This document shows positions 57,594 through 64,000 of a DNA stretch of 64,000 bases, in pieces; within the stretch, counting starts at the first letter, position 1; every line of letters begins with the position of its first letter. The stretch is from an uncultured Desulfarculus sp. (lineage in GTDB: Bacteria; Desulfobacterota; Desulfarculia; Desulfarculales; Desulfarculaceae): the NCBI GenBank assembly GCA_963665125.2, contig CAXXUK010000001.1:2400001-2464000 (forward strand), given 5' to 3'. Both the position numbers and the translations under genes were made by a program. Under the pieces are notes generated by a model. It was given only the letters and a program-made list of their open reading frames with translations. It did no database searches and was not told where the DNA came from.

Positions 57594-58168
57594 CTAGAGC
57601 GTCCGAAAAGTTTAAGGTCAATCAGTTCACATATCAGATGGATAATCAGCCCGTGCAGTTCCTGTATTCTCGGCGTGTCGTCGCCGGGCGCGGAGATGCA
57701 GATGTCGCACATCCGGGCCATGCCGGCGGCCCTGGTGCTGGCCAGGCCTATGCACACCAGGCCGCGGCTGCGGGCGGCCCGGAAACCTTCCAGCACGTTG
57801 GGCGAAGTGCCGGAGGTCGATATGCCGAAGGCGACATCGCCATCAAGGCCCAACGCCTTGATCTGTTTTGAAAACAGCTGGTCAAAGGTGTAATCGTTGC
57901 CAATGGCGGTCAGGACGCTGGTGTCGGTTGTCAGGGCGATGCCGGGCAGGCCTGGACGCTCCAACTGAAAACGGTTCACCAACTCCGCCGTAAAATGCTG
58001 GGCGTCGGCGGCGGATCCACCATTGCCGAAACACAGCAATTTTTTACCATCGGCAAACGCCGAGGCTATGGTTTCTGCCGCACTGACCACGTCTTCGAGA
58101 CCAGTAGCCAGCAGCTGTTCCATGGCGGCTATTGATTTTTTTACACTCGCGGCGGCGGCGCCTAGCAT
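57590..58168 (-). CDS. gmhA: D-sedoheptulose-7-phosphate isomerase
   Basis: GNGGSAADAQH, GND, STSGTS, TPRIQELH. Confidence 0.94.
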   Translation of the reverse strand: MLGAAAASVKKSIAAMEQLLATGLEDVVSAAETIASAFADGKKLLCFGNGGSAADAQHFTAELVNRFQLERPGLPGIALTTDTSVLTAIGNDYTFDQLFSKQIKALGLDGDVAFGISTSGTSPNVLEGFRAARSRGLVCIGLASTRAAGMARMCDICISAPGDDTPRIQELHGLIIHLICELIDLKLFGRSR

Positions 58169-58263
58169 GTTCCCTTGCTCCGGGGTGCGGCCATTGTCTG
58201 CAATAGCCCCAAAATACCGAGTAAATCGGCTAACAATCCGTATATCACATCACAAACACAATG

Positions 58264-58292
58264 AAACTATATGTCCGGCCCATGGATGTCAA
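58264..58292 (-). promoter_or_regulatory. sigma70 promoter of gmhA
   Basis: TTGACA-17 nt-TAGTTT. Confidence 0.5.
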
Positions 58293-58298
58293 GCCCGC

Positions 58299-59729
58299 TC
58301 ATTTACGGCGTCTCCTTTTGGGCTTGCGGCCGGAGCGCTCCCGAAGGATCAGTTTGAGCGGCGCGCAGTCCAGGCCCATGGCCCGGCGCAGTTCGTTAGT
58401 CAGGTAGCGCCGGTATGAAAAGTGCATTAACGTCGGGTCATTTACCACCAGGGCGATGGTCGAAGGCCGCACCGCCACCTGGGCCCCATAGAAGATCTTC
58501 AACCGCCGGGAGCCCATGGACGGCGGCGCATGACGCACCTGGGCGTCTTCCAGGGCCTGGTTTAGCCTGCCGGTGCCCAGGCGGGTGTTGTATTGCTCGA
58601 AAACCCTGTCCACCGTGGGCAGGACCTTGTCCACCGAACGCCCGGATTTGACGCTCATGCGCAATATCGGAGCCCATGGCGCGAAACGGAAAGACCTTTC
58701 GATCTGCTCTTCCAGGGTCTTGCGCTTGTATTCGTCGTCGAAGATCAGGTCCCATTTGTTGATGGCTATGATCAGACCCCGGTTCTGCTCCAGAGCCGCA
58801 CCTATCAGGTGCAGGTCCTGGTCGGTGATGCCCTCTCCGGCGTCGATCATGCACACCACAACGTGGGCCCGGTCTATGGCCCGCAGGGAGCGGAACACAC
58901 CGGCCTTTTCAATGCCGCGCTGGACCTTGCCCCGGCGGCGGATGCCGGCGGTGTCGATGATGGTGTAGTTCTTGTCGCCGATGACCAGGGGCGTGTCCAC
59001 GGCGTCGCGGGTGGTGCCGGGCACATCGCTGACCACCACCCTGGGCCCGCCGAACAGGGCGTTTAAAAGCGACGACTTGCCCACGTTGGGCCTGCCGATG
59101 AGCGCCACGCGGATCTCGGGCACGACCAGGCGCTCCTCTGGAAATTCGAGATCCTCCGGCGGTTCTTCCAGGGCGGCCAGTTCGTTGAGGCTGGGGAAGA
59201 CCGCCCCGCCGGGGACGGCCCTGGTCTCCTCCTCCTCGGGCAGCCGGGCCAGGATGTCGTCCATCAGGTCGTTCATGCCGTAGCCGTGGGCCGCGCTGAT
59301 GAAGTGCAGGTGCTCCACGCCCAGGCCGTAGAACTCGGCCGCGTCGTCTTCCATGCGTGCGCTGTCGATCTTGTTCACCGCGTAGATTACCGGCTTGTTG
59401 GTGCGCCGCAGCTTGTCGGCCACCTCCTGGTCCGCCGGGTTGATCCCGGACCGGCCGTCGGCCAAAAACAGCACCACATCGGCCTCGTCCAGGGCCAGCT
59501 GGATCTGATCGTTGACCTCTTCGGCGAAAAGCTGGTCGGCGGGCGGATCAAAGCCGCCGGTGTCGATGACCGTGAACTGCCGCTCATCCGCCACCACCCG
59601 GCCATAGAGCCTGTCCCGGGTAACGCCGGGCAGGTCGTGAACCAGGGCCTGGCGGGTCTTGGTCATGCGGTTGAAAAGGGTGGACTTGCCCACATTGGGC
59701 CGCCCCACTATGGCCAGAATGGCGCTCAT
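58299..59729 (-). CDS. der: Ribosome biogenesis GTPase Der (EngA)
   Basis: Two GRPNVGKS P-loops, DTGG/DTAG, NKID/NKWD, KH-like tail. Confidence 0.97.
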   Translation of the reverse strand: MSAILAIVGRPNVGKSTLFNRMTKTRQALVHDLPGVTRDRLYGRVVADERQFTVIDTGGFDPPADQLFAEEVNDQIQLALDEADVVLFLADGRSGINPADQEVADKLRRTNKPVIYAVNKIDSARMEDDAAEFYGLGVEHLHFISAAHGYGMNDLMDDILARLPEEEETRAVPGGAVFPSLNELAALEEPPEDLEFPEERLVVPEIRVALIGRPNVGKSSLLNALFGGPRVVVSDVPGTTRDAVDTPLVIGDKNYTIIDTAGIRRRGKVQRGIEKAGVFRSLRAIDRAHVVVCMIDAGEGITDQDLHLIGAALEQNRGLIIAINKWDLIFDDEYKRKTLEEQIERSFRFAPWAPILRMSVKSGRSVDKVLPTVDRVFEQYNTRLGTGRLNQALEDAQVRHAPPSMGSRRLKIFYGAQVAVRPSTIALVVNDPTLMHFSYRRYLTNELRRAMGLDCAPLKLILRERSGRKPKRRRRK

Positions 59730-60770
59730 TTATCTATCTCCAGCCGGGGCCAGCAGTTTCGGCCCCGGATCATCGGGCAACAGGTCCACCAGGCCGCGCA
59801 GGGCTGCAAACCGGTCAAACTCCCCGCCGTCCAACAGCCCGCGCAGGGTGGCCAGGGCAGGCCGGGCATAGGCGGCGAAAAAGGCCTTGCGCCGCTCCAG
59901 GCACAAAAAGCCGTACGCACCAAGGGCCTGCATCACCCTGCTGGCGCTGACAAAGGGCCAGCCCCGGCGGAACAGGGTCTCGTCCAGGGGTCCCTGGGCG
60001 ATCCGTAATTCAATGTAACGATTCATCAGCCTTTTGCGCAAGGACCATGGCAGGCCGGCGTATGGATCGTGCAGCAAAGAGGCCAAATCATACTGGGCCG
60101 GGCCCAATCGCGCCCCCTGAAAATCAACGATGCCGATCCCGCCGGACCCCATGACGATATTGCGGCTCTGGAAATCCCGGTGCACCAGTCCCCAGGGCCC
60201 GGCGGCGGCGGCCAGCTCGGCCAACCCCGCCAAATCAGCGCGCGCATCCTCGCCGGGCTGCACGCCGCAGGCGGCCTTCACGAACCATTCCACAAAATAA
60301 CCGGCCTCGCGTTCCAGCAGGAATTCGGCGCTGAGCCTCTGGCCGTCAAAGCAATACTCCAATTCCAGCTGTTCCGCGCCCCTGGCCTGGATTCGTGCCA
60401 AGGCGACCAGCACTGGTTCGTACAGTGCGGCCGTCTCGTCTTCGCTTGCGGCCTCGGACAGGGCCTGGTGCAGGTTGGCATCGCCCAGGTCGCTCATCAG
60501 GAAGAGGCCCCGCTCCGGCTCGGCGGCCAGCACATCGGGCACCGGTGCGCCCGCGGCGGCCAGCACCCCGGCCAGGTGATGCCAGGCCCTGGCCTCGGGG
60601 ATGTTTTCCGGGCAGTGCATGCCCACCAGGCTCAGCCCGCCAGCCGTCAGCCTGGCGAAAAGGCGTGTGCTGCCATCCGGGGCCACGGGTTGGGCCTCGA
60701 TTTGGCCGGTCGCTCCGCCGGGCCAATTTGCCTTGGCCCATTGCAGCAAAGTGCGCAGGCGCTCAGGCAT
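59730..60770 (-). CDS. APH-family phosphotransferase, probable anomeric MurNAc/GlcNAc kinase (AmgK-like)
   Basis: PDGSTR, SDLGD, HRDFQSRNI, DFQGAR, YDLASLL; coupled to a nucleotidyltransferase. Confidence 0.8.
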   Translation of the reverse strand: MPERLRTLLQWAKANWPGGATGQIEAQPVAPDGSTRLFARLTAGGLSLVGMHCPENIPEARAWHHLAGVLAAAGAPVPDVLAAEPERGLFLMSDLGDANLHQALSEAASEDETAALYEPVLVALARIQARGAEQLELEYCFDGQRLSAEFLLEREAGYFVEWFVKAACGVQPGEDARADLAGLAELAAAAGPWGLVHRDFQSRNIVMGSGGIGIVDFQGARLGPAQYDLASLLHDPYAGLPWSLRKRLMNRYIELRIAQGPLDETLFRRGWPFVSASRVMQALGAYGFLCLERRKAFFAAYARPALATLRGLLDGGEFDRFAALRGLVDLLPDDPGPKLLAPAGDR

Positions 60771-61707
60771 GGGCCCCGCCCCGCACCTCGCCCGAGGCCC
60801 TGAAGCCGTCGCCCAGGACAGTGTTGGCCACTACCGCTCCGTCGGCCACAACCGAACCGGGCAACAGTACGCTGGCCGACACATGGGCGCCCTCGCCGAC
60901 AACCACCCCCGGCCCCACCGCGCAAAAGCCCTCCAGCCTGGCCGTGGGATGCACAAAGGCCGAAGGGTGCACGGCTATGGGACCGGCCGCGGCTATGTCC
61001 TCCAGGCCCGGCAACGCCTCGATGAGCAGATCCCTGTGTCCGGCCAGATAGCGCTGGGGGGTGCCCAGGTCGTCCCAATAGCCGTCCAACTCCAGCCCGG
61101 CCACCAGCCTTCCTGCCTTGATGGCTCCCCGCAGCCCCTGGACCAGGCCGCTGAAGCCGCCGGCCGGTAAAAAATCCAAAAGCTCCGGTGAAATGGCCGC
61201 GATGCCGCTGTAGGTCAGCCATTGCTCGGGCGCGGCCATGATGTCGCCGTAAAAACCATGCACCCGTCCATCCGGCCCCAGGGCCACGCTGTTGACCTCG
61301 GGCCAATCCACCAGGCCCAGGCATGCCACGGCCCCCGTATTTTGGAGATGGTCCATCAGCGGCCGGGGATCGGCCGAGCACAGCACGTCGGCGTTGACCA
61401 GGATGAACGGCCCGTGGCCCAGCTTTTGCCGGGCGGCCACCAGCCCGCCGCCGGTGCCCAGGATCTGCGGTTCATGGCTTTCCAGGACCTCCAGGCCCGG
61501 CGGGGCCAGACGGGGCAACTCCGCCCGGACCATTCCGGCCAGATGATGGGTATTGACCACCACCCGGGACGCCCCCGCTCCGGCAAGGCGGTGCAACCAG
61601 ATGGAAAGCAGGGGCTGGTTGTAAATCGGCATCAAGCATTTGGGACGCAGCCTGGTCAGGGGCAGCAGGCGGGTGCCCAAACCGGCGGCAAGAACCATGG
61701 CGCGCAT
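60763..61707 (-). CDS. Nucleotidyltransferase (MurU-like) with C-terminal hexapeptide repeats
   Basis: MRAMVLAAGLGTRL..PK, LGTGGG, WDDLGT, left-handed beta-helix tail; GAGGAGG SD. Confidence 0.85.
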   Translation of the reverse strand: MRAMVLAAGLGTRLLPLTRLRPKCLMPIYNQPLLSIWLHRLAGAGASRVVVNTHHLAGMVRAELPRLAPPGLEVLESHEPQILGTGGGLVAARQKLGHGPFILVNADVLCSADPRPLMDHLQNTGAVACLGLVDWPEVNSVALGPDGRVHGFYGDIMAAPEQWLTYSGIAAISPELLDFLPAGGFSGLVQGLRGAIKAGRLVAGLELDGYWDDLGTPQRYLAGHRDLLIEALPGLEDIAAAGPIAVHPSAFVHPTARLEGFCAVGPGVVVGEGAHVSASVLLPGSVVADGAVVANTVLGDGFRASGEVRGGAHA

Positions 61708-61827
61708 GGAGATCCTCCTCTGTGCCAGGTATATCACATGCCATAATCGGCCGCCAATGCGCCTTGGGTCTTGACCAGCGGGACGTCATGAGGTTAATTC
61801 GTTGCAGGACGTTTTTTTGGGGAGAAC

Positions 61828-62619
61828 ATGGCCGCACGATTATTTCGCAGGGCCGTCTTTACGGCCGTAATGATTCTGTTGCCGCTGGTTTGCGGCTGTT
61901 TTGATTATGAACTGCACATGACCCTGCGCGGCGACGGCTCGGCGCTACTTAAGGAAACGCTAAGCGTGCCCAAGGCCATGGCCCCGGATCTGGCGCCGTC
62001 GGTGCTCAAAATCATACACATGCCTGATCCCACCCGACAGCGCATGGTCGACGACCAGACCGTGACGCTCATCGAACAGGTTGAGATATCCCGCCTGGAC
62101 CGTTTGACCATGTTCTTCGCCAAATTCAAGGTGGAGCGGGAGTTGGGCGGCCTGATGGAAATGACCGACGGCCTATACCGGGTCACCGTGCTGCTTTACC
62201 CCGGCCACGACACGGTCTACAGCCGGGTCCATTTTCCGGGGCGCAAGCTCGACGCTCCACCGCCGCCTCCGGCCTCCAATGACCCTGCCGAGCAGGAAGC
62301 CCGCGACCTGTGGGAACGCGCCCTGGAAGGCCATTTCGTGACCATTCGCCTGGACCTTCCCGGCGAAGTCAAGGAGGCCAGGGCCATCAACATCGGCCCA
62401 GTGCAGATCCGTCCGGAAGTCACGGAGGGCGAGGAAGGCCAGGTGGTTTGGAAGCTGCCCCTATCGGCGATGATCGCCGCCAACGCCCGCCAGGCGATGT
62501 ACCTGAGCTGCGATTACGAGGGCGAATACCAGTTCTCCAAACTGGTGCAGCAGGTGCAGCGCCAAAAGAAGATGCAGGTTCACAGCAATTTCCCGGGCGA
62601 GGATCCGGGTACGGAATAA
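61828..62619 (+). CDS. Hypothetical lipoprotein
   Basis: Signal peptide with lipobox-like VCGC; beta-rich body; 13 nt before nagZ. Confidence 0.7.
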   Translation: MAARLFRRAVFTAVMILLPLVCGCFDYELHMTLRGDGSALLKETLSVPKAMAPDLAPSVLKIIHMPDPTRQRMVDDQTVTLIEQVEISRLDRLTMFFAKFKVERELGGLMEMTDGLYRVTVLLYPGHDTVYSRVHFPGRKLDAPPPPPASNDPAEQEARDLWERALEGHFVTIRLDLPGEVKEARAINIGPVQIRPEVTEGEEGQVVWKLPLSAMIAANARQAMYLSCDYEGEYQFSKLVQQVQRQKKMQVHSNFPGEDPGTE

Positions 62620-62632
62620 AAGGCCCCAATCC

Positions 62633-63685
62633 ATGGACAGCAGGATCAATGAAGCTGATGTAAGGGCCACCATCGCCCAGTCAATGGTCATCGGCCTGGA
62701 AGGGCCGGAGCCCACAAACCGGGAATACTCCCTGGTGGGCGATACGGGTCTGGGCGGAGTGATCCTGTTCAGCCGCAACATCGAATCTCCGGCCCAGGTC
62801 TGGTCCATGAACTACCGGATGCGCCAGGCTGCGGGCATGCGCGAAAAGCCGCCGCTATTGGTCATGGTGGACCAAGAAGGCGGCTCGGTGGCCCGGCTGC
62901 ACGCGCCGTTCGTCGACGGCCCCGACCTGTGCGACATGGCCGATAAAAGCCCCGAAGATCTGTACGAACACGGCCGCAGGATCGGCGCCCAGCTTTTCAC
63001 GGCCGGATTCAACTTCAACCTGGCCCCGGTGGTGGATGCCCACGCCATCCCCGGCGGCATCATGGCCCGCCGCAGCCTGGGCCAGGACCCGGCCAAAGTG
63101 GGCAAACTGGCCGCGGCGTTCATCAGGGGCCAGCAGAGCGCCGGTTGCCTGGCCTGCGCCAAACACTTCCCCGGCCTGGGCCGCACAACGGCCGACAGCC
63201 ACAAGGACCGCCCCCTGGTGTCCCTGGCCATGGAAGAGCTGAAAGACGTGGAACTGCCGCCGTTCCGGGCCGCCATCGAAGCTGGCGTGGCCGGGGTGAT
63301 GGTTTGCCACGCCGTTTTCCAGGCCATCGACCCGGACAACCCGGCCTCGATTTCGGAAAAGGTAATCGGCGGTGTTCTGCGGGGAGAATTGGGCTATGCG
63401 GGCCTGGTCATCAGTGACGACATGGAGATGGGCGCCCTGGCGGCCCAAGGCCTCACCCCAGCCGAGGCGGCCGTAAAGGCCTACCTGGCCGGCTGCGATC
63501 TTATATTGATGTGCCACACCCCCGACGCGGCCCTGGAGGCCCTGGAGCGGCTGACCGACATGGTCATGGGTGGCGAGGTGGACCCCATGGTCCTGCGGGA
63601 AAAAGCCAGCCGCATCCTGGCCGCCAAGAAGCCCCTGAGCCACAACCCGCCCCACGCCAGCGAGCTCATGAAGGTTTTAGCCTGA
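62633..63685 (+). CDS. nagZ: Beta-N-acetylhexosaminidase (GH3)
   Basis: DQEGG, KHFPGLG, DSH, SDDMEM. Confidence 0.92.
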   Translation: MDSRINEADVRATIAQSMVIGLEGPEPTNREYSLVGDTGLGGVILFSRNIESPAQVWSMNYRMRQAAGMREKPPLLVMVDQEGGSVARLHAPFVDGPDLCDMADKSPEDLYEHGRRIGAQLFTAGFNFNLAPVVDAHAIPGGIMARRSLGQDPAKVGKLAAAFIRGQQSAGCLACAKHFPGLGRTTADSHKDRPLVSLAMEELKDVELPPFRAAIEAGVAGVMVCHAVFQAIDPDNPASISEKVIGGVLRGELGYAGLVISDDMEMGALAAQGLTPAEAAVKAYLAGCDLILMCHTPDAALEALERLTDMVMGGEVDPMVLREKASRILAAKKPLSHNPPHASELMKVLA

Positions 63686-63700
63686 GCCGCATCACGGCAA

Positions 63701-64000
63701 TCAATCGAACATGGTGCCGCAACGCTCCAGGCTGACCAGCCTTGGCAGATCCTTCCAGGTCCACAGGACCATTACCACCTTGCCCCGGATGTCTTCCATG
63801 GGCACGAATCCGCCCGCTCCGTGGTTCCAATAGCGCGAGTCATAGCTGTTGCCGCGGTTGTCGCCCATCATGAAGTAATGCCGGGCGGGCACCATCACCG
63901 GGCCAAAGCTGCGCCGTGCGGCCGGGCGGCTATCGTCAACATGGGCCCAGGGGTCTTTCAGGGCCTTGCCGTTGATGAACACCCGCTGTCCCTCGACTTT
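63701..64000 (-). CDS. lepB: Signal peptidase I, C-terminal part (truncated by window end)
   Basis: YFMMGDNRGNSYDSRYW and GFVP..I.GK. Confidence 0.9.
   Translation of the reverse strand, partial: KVEGQRVFINGKALKDPWAHVDDSRPAARRSFGPVMVPARHYFMMGDNRGNSYDSRYWNHGAGGFVPMEDIRGKVVMVLWTWKDLPRLVSLERCGTMFD

Noticed and set aside
1..64000. Selenocysteine read-through, CRISPR arrays, IS elements, rRNA
   Set aside because: The TGA stops I checked fall at expected protein ends; I saw no regular repeat-spacer pattern, transposase motif or rRNA sequence.

Overview
A high-GC, gene-dense chromosomal window. The gene content (tungsten-type AOR cluster, hemC-cobA/hemD, rplM-rpsI-argC, FmdB and DHS-like genes) points to an anaerobic Desulfobacterota/deltaproteobacterium; the lineage is my inference. 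Most of it is core genome: gatB-mtnA-ilvE, paaK, lexA, a pterin-cofactor/AOR cluster, two response regulators, pncB, tamAB, ade, tRNA-Val-thrS-infC-rpmI-rplT-pheST-merR, mutL-miaA, rplM-rpsI-argC-truA, hemC-cobA/hemD-uvrD-folC-lptD, murU/amgK-like-der-gmhA, nagZ and lepB. I see no integrase, transposase, CRISPR array or rRNA. The best leads are: (1) a four-way-junction RNA leader (22148-22269) ahead of a cytidylate-kinase-like/BON gene; (2) an AOR locus with two ubiquitin-fold proteins, one lacking the terminal Gly-Gly, a reduced E1 enzyme and a perfect 18-bp palindrome; (3) a 270-bp intergenic region with two large stem-loops upstream of hemC; (4) a small protein resembling a stand-alone MucR/Ros N-terminal domain behind a structured leader; (5) a lone low-GC Abi-alpha-like gene; (6) a secreted protein with four Cys/Trp repeats; (7) several apparently leaderless genes. 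All family calls come from motif recognition by eye; no searches were run.
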